Assembly (NCBI GenBank): GCA_036568505.1
Contig: DATCSK010000003.1
Coordinates: forward strand, 11,935-75,934
Direction: 5' to 3'
DNA: 64,000 nucleotides
Source: Pseudomonadales bacterium
GTDB taxonomy: Bacteria; Pseudomonadota; Gammaproteobacteria; Pseudomonadales; M0112
Below, one piece after another: positions 10,967-20,395 of this stretch. The translations under genes were made by a program, and so were the position numbers. The notes beneath the pieces were generated by a model, which ran no database searches, was not told the origin of the DNA, and worked only from the letters and a program-made list of their open reading frames with translations. Each line of letters starts with the position of its first letter. The first letter of the stretch is position 1.

Positions 10967-11751
10967 CCTTTAAAGACGGGCTTGCGTTTATTCAGGAACG
11001 ATTGAATGCCTTCTTGTCCGTCGGCTGATTGACTTAACGCGGCAATCGCACGGGCTTCCAATTCCATTTGCGCTTCCAGTCCGTTTTCAAATGAAGCGGC
11101 CAGCAAGCCTTTCACTTTACCCAATGCCCCGGTTGGGCCGGCCGCTAATTGTGCCGCCATGGCATGGGCTTCGTTCAAGAGTTGTTCATCATCGATGACG
11201 CGGGTCACCATGCCCCAGTCAGCCGCTTCGTCAGCGCTTAGGCGGCGGTTGAGCAGCATTAATTCGCGACTGCGTTGCAAGCCCACCACACGCGGCAGCA
11301 GCCACGTGGCGCCGCCGTCGGGCGATAAACCGGCGGCGGTATAGGCCATGCTGAATTTGGCCGAGCGTGCGGCCAGTACCACGTCACCACAAAGGGCCAG
11401 GCTCATGCCGGCACCGGCGGCCACGCCGTTGACCGCCACAATCACCGGCGCATTCATGCGTGCCAGTCGTGATACGGCCGCATGCAAATAGGTGGTGAGT
11501 TCTTTGATGCCGGCACTGATTTGATCGCCCATCTCGGCAAACGATTTCAAGTCGCCGCCGGCACTGAAAAACTTGCCCTGTGCCGTCAAAATGACAGCGC
11601 GCACAGCAGGGTTTTCGTCGCAGGCAATGGCGGCCATCATCAATTCACGTCCCATCGCCATATCAATACCATTGGCCTGATCGGGGCGGTTCAAGGTGAT
11701 GGTGGCAATGGAGTTTACGATATCAAGCTGTAGCGTTTGGTAGGTGCTCAT
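10963..11751 (-). CDS. Enoyl-CoA hydratase/isomerase family protein
   Basis: ITLNRPDQANGI..., FFSAGGDLKSF, AVNGVAAGAGMSLAL. Start taken at the internal Met (MSTYQ). Confidence 0.85.
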   Translation of the reverse strand: MSTYQTLQLDIVNSIATITLNRPDQANGIDMAMGRELMMAAIACDENPAVRAVILTAQGKFFSAGGDLKSFAEMGDQISAGIKELTTYLHAAVSRLARMNAPVIVAVNGVAAGAGMSLALCGDVVLAARSAKFSMAYTAAGLSPDGGATWLLPRVVGLQRSRELMLLNRRLSADEAADWGMVTRVIDDEQLLNEAHAMAAQLAAGPTGALGKVKGLLAASFENGLEAQMELEARAIAALSQSADGQEGIQSFLNKRKPVFKG

Positions 11752-11861
11752 GGAGAGTCCTTGAGAGGGCCGTCTAAAGACCATAGTGTAACGGAGCAAT
11801 GGGTGCCCGAACACCGTGCAGGGTGAATGCGCATAGCAAGGAGGGTATGCTATGGGTTCTT

Positions 11862-12098
11862 ATGTGCGAGATGGCCATGCCGGACCAACATCACCACGAG
11901 CCTGAAAAGCCGCTCACCTTTCTCGAGGTGATGGGCAGCGTTCTTTGGACGGCTTTTGGGGTCTCCACGCGCGCACGGCGTGAACGCGATTTCCGGCGCG
12001 GTAAAGGCTGGCAGTTTTTTGTGGCCGGTGTGATCTATATGCTGTTGTTGTTAAGCGGCCTGATCGTGCTGGTCAATTACCTTGCACACCATCGATAA
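11862..12098 (+). CDS. Small membrane protein, DUF2970-like (start uncertain)
   Basis: Pattern TFLEVMGSVLWTAFGVSTRARRERDF...GK followed by a TM helix. Several in-frame Met codons lie between 11847 and 11877. Confidence 0.5.
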   Translation: MCEMAMPDQHHHEPEKPLTFLEVMGSVLWTAFGVSTRARRERDFRRGKGWQFFVAGVIYMLLLLSGLIVLVNYLAHHR

Positions 12099-12108
12099 GG
12101 AGAAGTCT

Positions 12109-12489
12109 ATGCATCCGGATATTGGCAAACTCATTTTACGGTTAAGTCTGGGCGGTATGATGCTGCTGCATGGCATTGCCAAATTGAATCATGGTATGGG
12201 CTGGATTGGCGATAGCCTGTCGCGTCACGATCTGCCCGAGTTTTTGGCCTACGGCGTGTTTGTTGGCGAGATTGCAGCGCCCATCATGGTCATCATCGGC
12301 CTGTATACGCGCGTCGGTGCCGGGCTGATGGTCATCAATATGTTGTTTGCGTTGTTTTTGGCGCACAGCGGCCAGATATTGTCGTTGGGCAGTCACGGCG
12401 GTTGGGCAATTGAACTGCAGGCATTCTATTTGTTCACGGCATTGGCGATTGCCTTTTTAGGCGCAGGCCGTTTTGCATTGAAAAATTAA
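12109..12489 (+). CDS. DoxX family membrane protein
   Basis: LILRLSLGGMMLLHGIAKL plus 4 TM segments. AAGGAG ribosome-binding site before ATG 12109. Confidence 0.8.
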   Translation: MHPDIGKLILRLSLGGMMLLHGIAKLNHGMGWIGDSLSRHDLPEFLAYGVFVGEIAAPIMVIIGLYTRVGAGLMVINMLFALFLAHSGQILSLGSHGGWAIELQAFYLFTALAIAFLGAGRFALKN

Positions 12490-12498
12490 GGAGCCGAA

Positions 12499-13017
12499 AT
12501 GAAAAAGCTGTTTCTGGCGCTGAGCCTTGGTGGTGTGAGTGTCTGCGCGCTGGCCGATGCTCCCCGTTTTTTGCAAGCCGTGGCAGTGCCCGATAGCAGC
12601 GCCACGGTCATTGTGGCCGAAGGCGAGCAAGAGCCGCGCTCGGTGGGCAGTTACAGCATTCGCTTGTACGGCGGGGCGAATGCCAAGGCTCCCACCGACG
12701 ACTTTCAGGCCGGCATCGTGCGTCCGCGCGATGGCACGGTGGAAAGCGTGCGTTTTGCCGAGTTTGATAACGACGATACGCAAGAAGTGGTGGTCACCGT
12801 GCGCTCAGCGGGCAGTGGTGGGTATCAATCGGCCGATGTGTTTCGCATTGATAACGACAAGCTGACCTGGGTGAAGCACATCGACGAACTGTCGAAAGAC
12901 GCGGATGCGGTGCTTGAATTGGAAGGCAAGATTCAATCGCCCATCAAGAAATCTTCAGTGGGCGCCGGGTCCGGGCCACTTCAGCTCCATCACCGACGGG
13001 TAAACAGCAAGCCCTGA
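12499..13017 (+). CDS. Secreted protein, possibly a PliI-type periplasmic lysozyme inhibitor
   Basis: Signal peptide MKKLFLALSLGGVSVCALA. EGEQEPRSVGSYSIRLY and RSAGSGGY resemble the PliI family as I recall it. The last 21 codons overlap the convergent SET gene. Confidence 0.5.
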   Translation: MKKLFLALSLGGVSVCALADAPRFLQAVAVPDSSATVIVAEGEQEPRSVGSYSIRLYGGANAKAPTDDFQAGIVRPRDGTVESVRFAEFDNDDTQEVVVTVRSAGSGGYQSADVFRIDNDKLTWVKHIDELSKDADAVLELEGKIQSPIKKSSVGAGSGPLQLHHRRVNSKP

Positions 13018-13554
13018 TTGAAAACGCTGTAGCCGTGCGCGGGTGTCTGCATCCATGAACGGCAGCAGCGCTTGTTCTACGGTTGCAGCCTGTGCCAGCG
13101 CCGGTTGTATTTTGGCATCCCAGGTCGCGTGATAACGCTCCAGATCATCGGGTTTCAGCCAGCCGCGGCAATTCTCGCAGCCGCAGGCAATTTCGAGCGT
13201 TTCCTGCACATTGAATAATCCATAGTCATCGGTGATTTCTTCACCGGCGGCAATATCCCGCACGGCAATATCAAAACCAAACGCGGTGAGCAGGGTGTTG
13301 GCATGGCAATGGTGGTTGACGTACTTCGAGGTATCCCAACCCATGATCAGGGTGCCGTGGCGGTCGGTGTAGCAGTAGCGATCGACCACCGATTTATACG
13401 GCTCTTCAATCGCGGCAAATTCGGCTTGGGTAAAGGTGATTTCAAACGGGTCGCGCACGTAGGTAATGGTGCCGGCCGCAATATCCTGCGTGGCGAATAT
13501 GCCATAGCCCATCGCAGGGCTGATAAAGCGCAGTTGGGTGTGTGGGTGAATCAT
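12955..13554 (-). CDS. SET domain-containing protein (putative protein-lysine methyltransferase)
   Basis: GYGIFATQDIAAGT, NHHCHANT, EEITDDYG, and a post-SET-like CGCENCRG. GGAG ribosome-binding site before ATG 13554. Confidence 0.75.
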   Translation of the reverse strand: MIHPHTQLRFISPAMGYGIFATQDIAAGTITYVRDPFEITFTQAEFAAIEEPYKSVVDRYCYTDRHGTLIMGWDTSKYVNHHCHANTLLTAFGFDIAVRDIAAGEEITDDYGLFNVQETLEIACGCENCRGWLKPDDLERYHATWDAKIQPALAQAATVEQALLPFMDADTRARLQRFQSGLAVYPSVMELKWPGPGAH

Positions 13555-13639
13555 ACCGGCTCCTGAGGGGGGCTTTTGGGGGCGCATCCAGACGCGCGAC
13601 ACAGTATCATAGGCACTGAATCAGCCTACGGATAGAGTC

Positions 13640-14644
13640 ATGAAGCAGCGTGTTTTAACCGGCATCACCACCACCGGCACCCCGCACTTGGGCAACTATG
13701 TCGGTGCTATTCGCCCGGCCATCGCCGCCAGCCGTGATGCGCAGACCGAATCGTTTTTGTTTCTGGCCGATTACCACGCACTGATTAAATGTCAGGAAGC
13801 CGCGCGTATTCACCAGTCCAGCCTCGAGATTGCCGCCACCTGGTTAGCCTGTGGATTGGACCCGGCCAAAGTGACCTTCTATCGGCAATCCGACGTGCCC
13901 GAGATTATGGAGCTCACCTGGATTTTGACCTGCTGGACGGCCAAAGGCCTGATGAACCGCGCACATGCCTACAAGGCTGCCGTGCAAGAGAATGAAACTG
14001 CCGGTAACGACCCGGATAAGGGCGTGACCATGGGCTTATACAGCTACCCGATTTTAATGGCCGCCGATATTTTGATGTTCCGCGCCAATAAAATTCCGGT
14101 CGGGCGCGATCAAATCCAGCACGTTGAAATGGCCCGCGACGTTGCCCAGCGTTTTAATCATCACTACGGTGAGCATTTCGTGCTGCCCGAAGCGGTGGTC
14201 GATGATACCAGCGACGTGCTGCAAGGGCTCGATGGCCGCAAGATGAGCAAAAGCTACGACAACACCATTCCGTTGTTTTTGCCTGAAAAGAAATTACAAA
14301 AAGCCATCAACAAAATTGTCACCAACTTGCAAGAACCGGGCGAGCCGAAAGACCCCGATGCCTCCACCGTGTTCCAGATCTACCGCGCATTCGCCAATGC
14401 CGAGCAAACCGTATCGATGCGTGAAGCCTTTGCCGGCGGTATCGGCTGGGGTGATGCCAAAAAGCAATTGTTTGCACTGATCAATGAGCAGATTGGTGAC
14501 GCGCGTGAGCGGTATGAACAGTTAATGGCGAACCCTGCGCAGGTGGAAGAAGCGTTGCAAGCCGGTGCTGCCAAAGCGCGCCAGGAGAGTGTGCCGTTGT
14601 TGAAGGCAGTCAGGGCAGCGGTGGGGATAGGGGCGTTGGGTTAA
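13640..14644 (+). CDS. trpS: Tryptophan--tRNA ligase
   Basis: [17 protein letters not shown] (HIGH-type) and KMSKS motifs; 334 aa. Confidence 0.92.
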   Translation: MKQRVLTGITTTGTPHLGNYVGAIRPAIAASRDAQTESFLFLADYHALIKCQEAARIHQSSLEIAATWLACGLDPAKVTFYRQSDVPEIMELTWILTCWTAKGLMNRAHAYKAAVQENETAGNDPDKGVTMGLYSYPILMAADILMFRANKIPVGRDQIQHVEMARDVAQRFNHHYGEHFVLPEAVVDDTSDVLQGLDGRKMSKSYDNTIPLFLPEKKLQKAINKIVTNLQEPGEPKDPDASTVFQIYRAFANAEQTVSMREAFAGGIGWGDAKKQLFALINEQIGDARERYEQLMANPAQVEEALQAGAAKARQESVPLLKAVRAAVGIGALG

Positions 14645-14651
14645 GGAACTT

Positions 14652-15128
14652 ATGCAATGGCTTATTTATATTGGCGCGGTATTTTTTATTTTGCTGGCTA
14701 TTGCTTATGTTCCGCTGCATGTTTGCAAGGTACAACATAAAGGCATTGTTTTCGCGGTGTTCTTTTTTGTTTTACTGTTTAATACCTTCTTTTTTCAAGT
14801 TGGCAATATGATGTTTGCTGGCTTTTCAAATAATCATTATATTCAGAATCCAAGCAGGATTAATGCGGCGGTCAGGCTGATTTGTCCTGATGATGTGGTA
14901 TGTCATATCGCTGAAGAATTTAATGCGTATCGAATAAAGGTGATGACTGATAGTCCATTACCAGAAAGTGAAAGTGAGAAAATCATAGAGCGAGCCGTTT
15001 TATATAAAGAAGGTTATCTCGGGCTTGATGGGTTTTTGATTGCGCGAATTACGATTGAATTCTGGGCATCGGCTGTTGATGAATCTGGCCACGTATCGCA
15101 TGGTAAATACAGGAACGAGTCATTCTGA
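14652..15128 (+). CDS. Hypothetical membrane protein (orphan ORF in an AT-rich patch)
   Basis: 158 aa. Two N-terminal hydrophobic segments precede a soluble C-terminal half. AAGGAA ribosome-binding site before the ATG. The stretch is visibly AT-rich compared with its flanks. Confidence 0.5.
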   Translation: MQWLIYIGAVFFILLAIAYVPLHVCKVQHKGIVFAVFFFVLLFNTFFFQVGNMMFAGFSNNHYIQNPSRINAAVRLICPDDVVCHIAEEFNAYRIKVMTDSPLPESESEKIIERAVLYKEGYLGLDGFLIARITIEFWASAVDESGHVSHGKYRNESF

Positions 15129-15155
15129 TTTGTTGTAGTAAGGTTCAGCAGGACT

Positions 15156-15800
15156 TTATTGAAACAAACTCGCCTCAATCAATGCCACAAATACCTTCAT
15201 CGAATCGGTCAGCGGTGCCTGCAAACCGTACTGAAATAACGCCACACCCACGCCACCGCCAAACAGTGCCGACACTAAATCGGCCGCAGCAATGTCGCTA
15301 CGAATCTCGCCCTTGGCTTGGGCTTCGGTAAAAATACCTTCCAGTGCAACCAGTACGTCGTTGTTGTTACTCATCAATGCATCGTGCAGTTCCGGGTGGC
15401 GGCGCATTTCAATCGGCACAGCAGCCAGAAAGCCGGTGACCGAGCTGTCTTTATCGTGCTCTTCGGCCGAGGCCATCAAAATGCCGGTAATGCGTTCGCG
15501 CAGGGTGGTGGCACGGGCAATGGCTTCAAGGTAGCGGGGCAGCAACAGGCTCTGGGTGTTGGTGAACGTCGCCAAATACAAGGCCTGCTTGGAGGGAAAG
15601 TAGGCATAGAGTGCTGCATGGGTCACGCCGATTTCAGCGCCAATCTCTTTGAAGGTGGCTTGAGCAAAGCCTTTTTCAGCGAAATGACGGCGGGCGACCG
15701 GCAAGATGCGGGCAAGGGTGTCTTCCTTGCTGCTGCCGGGTGGGCGGCCGGCGCGGGCGGGCTTGCGGGCTTTGCGGGGCTTGGCTTGGGCGGTGCTCAT
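15156..15800 (-). CDS. TetR/AcrR family transcriptional regulator
   Basis: N-terminal HTH: RILPVARRHFAEKGFAQATFKEIGAEIGVTHAALYAYFPSK. Confidence 0.85.
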   Translation of the reverse strand: MSTAQAKPRKARKPARAGRPPGSSKEDTLARILPVARRHFAEKGFAQATFKEIGAEIGVTHAALYAYFPSKQALYLATFTNTQSLLLPRYLEAIARATTLRERITGILMASAEEHDKDSSVTGFLAAVPIEMRRHPELHDALMSNNNDVLVALEGIFTEAQAKGEIRSDIAAADLVSALFGGGVGVALFQYGLQAPLTDSMKVFVALIEASLFQ

Positions 15801-15827
15801 GCGGTCTCCGGTCTATTAATGACTAGT

Positions 15828-15849
15828 ATGCAGCAAAATTTACTTGCAT
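15828..15849. promoter_or_regulatory. Imperfect palindrome in the tetR/hydroxylase divergent region (candidate operator)
   Basis: ATGCAGCAAAA|TTTACTTGCAT, with 8 of 11 positions symmetric, inside an AT-rich 115-bp intergenic region. Confidence 0.25.
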
Positions 15850-15915
15850 GTTAATAAAGCCCGTGCATAATTAACAGTAGTGTAAATTAATACGGTCGTC
15901 TTGCTGGAGGTTGTC

Positions 15916-16725
15916 ATGAGTATCTGGATGTATCTGGCCATGTTTTTAGGTATCGGCAACCTGCTGTTTGTGGGTGTCGGCGGAGGGGTGCATTACTGGT
16001 ATTACGTGAAAAACCGCGATAAGGCAGCCGAATGGAAGTTGCAGTCGGATAAGTTCTTATCACCGCGCTTGGCGCGCGAGGCCATGTGGCTGGGTTTGTT
16101 TAACTACAACATTGCCTCGGCCAGTTTTGGTGTGATTGCTTGGGGGGTGTTGGAGCAGGGCTGGTCGCGGATTTATTACGATATCAACGATTACAGTTAC
16201 GGCTGGGCTGCGTTAAGCGTGTTCCTGTGCTGGTTGTTCATTGAAACGGCCGCCTTCTTTTTGCATGCCGGCGGTCACATACCGTGGTTTTACAAAAACC
16301 TGCATTACATTCATCACCGCTACAGTGCGCCGACTTTCTGGACGATCTCGGCCATGCATCCGCTGGAGTGGATTCTTCATGCCAGCTACATTGTGCTGCC
16401 GGCGTTTATATTCCCGATGCACATTGGTCTCTACATGACGGTGGTGGCAATTACCTTTATTGCAGGCTACTGGGATCACTGCGGTATCAAACTGCCGTTT
16501 GAACTGCCGCTGCACGGCTCGAACCGGTTTCACGACGATCATCACAAGTACTTCCATGTAAACTTTGGTTTTACCTGTAGCCTGTACGACAAGATATTTG
16601 ATACCGTGCGTCGTGAAGGCCACCACTACAATGAAGAAACGTTCACCGGTGGCAAGGGCACGGTGCGCGACCCGGCCGCTTTAGGCGACAAGGCCATTGG
16701 CCCGCGTATCGATTACTCAAAATAA
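15916..16725 (+). CDS. Fatty acid hydroxylase / sterol desaturase superfamily protein
   Basis: Histidine boxes HAGGH, HYIHHRY and HDDHHKYFHVNFG in a membrane protein. GGAGG ribosome-binding site before ATG 15916. Confidence 0.8.
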   Translation: MSIWMYLAMFLGIGNLLFVGVGGGVHYWYYVKNRDKAAEWKLQSDKFLSPRLAREAMWLGLFNYNIASASFGVIAWGVLEQGWSRIYYDINDYSYGWAALSVFLCWLFIETAAFFLHAGGHIPWFYKNLHYIHHRYSAPTFWTISAMHPLEWILHASYIVLPAFIFPMHIGLYMTVVAITFIAGYWDHCGIKLPFELPLHGSNRFHDDHHKYFHVNFGFTCSLYDKIFDTVRREGHHYNEETFTGGKGTVRDPAALGDKAIGPRIDYSK

Positions 16726-16758
16726 ACCAGAATGCGATAAACCACAGGCGAGGCCGCT

Positions 16759-17760
16759 ATGAGCGAGCATATTTCTTACGCCATGCGAAATGTTGAGGCG
16801 ACCGAGTCGCTGGTGTATTTCAATGCACCCGCGAGTTTGAATGACTGGAGCTTTCTGGCCATCGAATGGATGACCATTATCGGTGTGATTCTGGCCATTG
16901 TGCATGCGATCAAATACACCCGGCGTACCGGTTCGCCGTCAGCGTGGATGACCTTGTTAGGTTGTTTTATCTACGGCCTGTTTATGGACATTATCTCGTA
17001 CTACACCGTGGAGAATTTCTGGCACGGCGAGTTTTCGGTGATGTTTCTGTTCAATAAGCTGCCCTTGTACATTGCCTGCTTCTATCCTGCGTTTATGTAT
17101 CACGCGGTCATGACCATTCGCCGTTACGAGTTTCGCCCATTGACCGAAGCGATCAGCGTCGGTTTTTTCGGTGGCCTGACTTATATGGTGTTCGATAATC
17201 TGGGACCCATGCTCGGTTGGTGGATTTGGGACCGCACCGATCCGACCACATGGCCGTACGTGAACAGCGTGCCGTTGACCAGCTACCACTGGTTCTTTTT
17301 GTTCACCGGTTCGTTCGCGCTGATTGCCCGCAAAGTTTGCTGGGATTGGGTGCGCGAGAAGAAAAGTGCGTTGCAGATTAATCTGGGCCTGCTGACTATT
17401 CCGTTTACGACCTGCCTTGTGGGTGGTCTGCTGTTTGTTCCCTACAATATTTTTGCCTATAACGGCATGTTAAAAGTTGCGGCGTTTGTGCATGTGCTGA
17501 CCTTTAGCGCTGCCGCGTTGGTGTTCCTGTTCGCGTGGAAGCGCCCGGCGGTACCGCGCGACAAACTGCTGATGATCTACCCCCTGGCATTTTTGGCAGG
17601 ACACTTGTACATCTACATGGCCAAGTTTGACCTGTTCTTCAGTGTGACGCCCGATGGCCTGTCAGCCGAAGGCTTGGCCGCCGGTAACTTGATGGGCGTA
17701 TTGGTTGCCATGATTGTAAGCGGCGCCATTGTGTTGATGAGTCATCCGGTCGAGCGTTAA
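16759..17760 (+). CDS. Polytopic membrane protein of unknown function (about 8 TM segments)
   Basis: 333 aa, hydrophobic throughout. It is 33 nt downstream of the hydroxylase gene and followed by a strong terminator. Confidence 0.65.
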   Translation: MSEHISYAMRNVEATESLVYFNAPASLNDWSFLAIEWMTIIGVILAIVHAIKYTRRTGSPSAWMTLLGCFIYGLFMDIISYYTVENFWHGEFSVMFLFNKLPLYIACFYPAFMYHAVMTIRRYEFRPLTEAISVGFFGGLTYMVFDNLGPMLGWWIWDRTDPTTWPYVNSVPLTSYHWFFLFTGSFALIARKVCWDWVREKKSALQINLGLLTIPFTTCLVGGLLFVPYNIFAYNGMLKVAAFVHVLTFSAAALVFLFAWKRPAVPRDKLLMIYPLAFLAGHLYIYMAKFDLFFSVTPDGLSAEGLAAGNLMGVLVAMIVSGAIVLMSHPVER

Positions 17761-17772
17761 TCCCCACGCAAT

Positions 17773-17802
17773 AAAAAAGCCGGCTATAGAGCCGGCTTTT
17801 TT
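17773..17802. terminator. Bidirectional rho-independent terminator
   Basis: aaaaaAGCCGGCTatagAGCCGGCTttttt, lying between convergent genes. Confidence 0.7.
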
Positions 17803-17856
17803 ATTGCCGTTAGCGCACCGGTCAACAAGCGTCCGGGCTGACATGGATGGGGCGGC

Positions 17857-18279
17857 TTATTTTTTCGGGGCAGTCAGGGCTCCGCAAGCGCGCTTCCACA
17901 TGCTGTAAGCCAGTGTGCCGGCTTCAATGGGTGTTAATTGTGGTGGGTCGGGGTTGATGTTGATGATTTCGCCGCTGGCCATGGGCCCTGCGTGCGCGGA
18001 TGAGCCGACAACAGCCAGGGTTTTGGCTTGGCAGTCGAACTGGTAGAGCAGTTTATCGGACAGCACCTGTTTGCCGGTTTTGTCCATTTGCGGATTTTTA
18101 TAATCAATCAAAGCCCACATTTCAGCACGATGATCACGCTGGCGTATGCTGGCCGGGTCAATGTATACCGTGACATCGGCTGCACTTTCAATGGCCTCCC
18201 ATTCGGTGGCCTGTGTTGTGCCAATGCTTGCGGCCAAAGCAGCGGCGGCCAGTATGATTTTAGAAAGCAGGCTTTTCAT
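17857..18279 (-). CDS. Secreted protein, surface-adhesin E-like family
   Basis: Signal peptide, then W..I......VYIDP.SIR...........DY......K..LS.K....FDC.......V.......MASGE.I........P..P.......W...CG, which matches my recollection of the family. Confidence 0.55.
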   Translation of the reverse strand: MKSLLSKIILAAAALAASIGTTQATEWEAIESAADVTVYIDPASIRQRDHRAEMWALIDYKNPQMDKTGKQVLSDKLLYQFDCQAKTLAVVGSSAHAGPMASGEIININPDPPQLTPIEAGTLAYSMWKRACGALTAPKK

Positions 18280-18372
18280 TGTATTTCCTTGGTTATTGGT
18301 CGAGAGCGTGGGGTGCTTGTGCTGGGTGAGCTTTTCATGCGGTAAGCGGCTGATCGAAGGTATAAAAATCCA

Positions 18373-20391
18373 TTAAAACAGGTTTCCTTCAATTGCAAAA
18401 TACACCGATCGGGGTTCACCAATAAAATACCGCTCATTGCCAAATGCGTAGTCGGCACGGTCGGCATAGTCTTCGTCGGTCAGGTTGTGCACCCGTACCC
18501 ACAGTTGCCAGCGCGGAGTCACTTTAAAGCCCACGCGTAAATTCAACAGATCATGGCCTTCGTATTGATGCCAGTTTTCAGGGTCGGTGTAGTACGAGCC
18601 GACCGATATCCATTCGAGTTCGGTATTGATGCGCTCATTCGGGTGCCAATCCAGGCGAGCGCTGCCAATTTCTCGCGGTGCGGTGTCGATGTCATTGCCA
18701 TTGATGGATGTGACAAGGCCGGCCAGCGATTCGTTGCTGTCGTATTGGTGGCGGGCATAGCTGGCGTCCACGCCCAAGCTGAGCGTGTCGGTCATGTCCC
18801 AGTTGAGGCTAAGCTCGACGCCGTCGTGGCGCGTTTTGGCGCCGTCGACATTCCAGCGCAAGCTGTCTTGGTAAATCACATTGTCTTTGCGCATGGTAAA
18901 TAATGTCACGGTGTATTGTGCATTGATCAGTTCTTGCGACCAGCCAAACTCCAGACTGTTGAGCGTAGTCGGGTCGATGTCGGTAAAGGCCTGCTGACCT
19001 TGCAGGCGGTAGAGTTCGGCAGTTTGCGGTGGGCGGTAACCTTGTGCAGCTTGTGCAAACACATGCAGCGTGTCGGTCAGTTGGCCGACGATGCCCATGG
19101 ATGGCGATACCGTGTTGAAATCGTCGGTGCTGTCGGCCGGTCGATAAAAACGGCAATTAATAACGGCCGCCGCACAGGCGCTGCCGCCACCGAGATGGTT
19201 GTCGTAGTCGTAGCGAATAAATTCATTGCGTGCGCCAAAGGTGGCAGTCCAGATAGGGTCAATCGCCCACTGCAGTTGCAAGTAACGTGCAAAGGTTGTG
19301 ATATCCACATCGTAGTCATAGTGATAGCCGGCTGGAATGCTCGGCGAAAAGGGCTGATCCTGATATTCCTTCAGAAAGCCGCTGGAGTATTCAAGGTCTA
19401 TGCCGGCCAGCCATGTCAGGTTGCCGTATTGGTGTTGCAGGGCTGTTTGCACGCCCAGGCTGTCATGACCGTTTTTTTCGGTGGGTAACCAGGGCACAAA
19501 GTGTTGCAGAAATTGCATGCGATTATGGCGCCCATAAGGCGTGACAATCAGCGAGGTGTTTTCATCCATTGTCCATTGCAGGCGACTGGCAATGCGTAAT
19601 GCGCTGGCATCGCGGTAAGCATCGGGATCAGGATTTACTTTTTTTAGTGATCGGTATTTGTAAGCGTCCGGGTATTCAACAAAACCGGCTGTTTCCTGAT
19701 TCAAGTTGGTGGCGGTCAGCCAGCTGTCAATGCTCAAGTTGTCGTGATCGGCGTGATGGATGAGCGTGAGTTTTTGTTGGTCGTAACCCGAATCCTCTTT
19801 AAAGCCGCCATCGTGGCTGCCGGTAAATTGCACTAAAAAGTCGTGATGGCCGGCTTGGAGAGAAATGCGCTCGTAGTCGTGCGGCCCGGATTCCAGTTGA
19901 CCTTGCAGCAGAGGCGTTTGCATCGGTGGAGGTGGTGTGACGATATTGACCATGCCGTGCAAGGCGTTAGCGCCAAATACCACGCTGCCCGGCCCGCGTT
20001 GCACTTCAATGCGTTCGGCCAGCTCACTGTGTGCGTCGAACAATTCATTCACGTTGCAAAAGCCACTGGCACGCAGAGGCACATTGTTTTCGGCATACAA
20101 AAATTCACCGCAGGCGCCGGCACCGGTAAACACGGGTGATCGAATGGCGGTCAGGCTTTCCTGACCATTGCCGCGACTGATCCAAACGCCGGGAATGCGA
20201 AACAAGGCTTCGCTGGGATGCACGGCGCTGATGGTATTCAGCGCATCATGATCCACCACGCCAATCGATTGCGGTAGCGATTGCAATGGCTCCGGGCTGC
20301 GTGAGCCAATCACAACAATTTGTTCCAGCGTGGGTTCCGTTTGTGCATTGAACGCGAGAAGCAATGCGATGACGGTCAGGAAATACTTCAT
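18373..20391 (-). CDS. TonB-dependent outer-membrane receptor
   Basis: Signal peptide MKYFLTVIALLLAFNA, plug region (IVVIGSRS...), beta-barrel repeats and a terminal ...IEGNLF. Start taken at the internal Met, 4 nt downstream of the aldolase stop. Confidence 0.88.
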   Translation of the reverse strand: MKYFLTVIALLLAFNAQTEPTLEQIVVIGSRSPEPLQSLPQSIGVVDHDALNTISAVHPSEALFRIPGVWISRGNGQESLTAIRSPVFTGAGACGEFLYAENNVPLRASGFCNVNELFDAHSELAERIEVQRGPGSVVFGANALHGMVNIVTPPPPMQTPLLQGQLESGPHDYERISLQAGHHDFLVQFTGSHDGGFKEDSGYDQQKLTLIHHADHDNLSIDSWLTATNLNQETAGFVEYPDAYKYRSLKKVNPDPDAYRDASALRIASRLQWTMDENTSLIVTPYGRHNRMQFLQHFVPWLPTEKNGHDSLGVQTALQHQYGNLTWLAGIDLEYSSGFLKEYQDQPFSPSIPAGYHYDYDVDITTFARYLQLQWAIDPIWTATFGARNEFIRYDYDNHLGGGSACAAAVINCRFYRPADSTDDFNTVSPSMGIVGQLTDTLHVFAQAAQGYRPPQTAELYRLQGQQAFTDIDPTTLNSLEFGWSQELINAQYTVTLFTMRKDNVIYQDSLRWNVDGAKTRHDGVELSLNWDMTDTLSLGVDASYARHQYDSNESLAGLVTSINGNDIDTAPREIGSARLDWHPNERINTELEWISVGSYYTDPENWHQYEGHDLLNLRVGFKVTPRWQLWVRVHNLTDEDYADRADYAFGNERYFIGEPRSVYFAIEGNLF

Positions 20392-20395
20392 GCGC

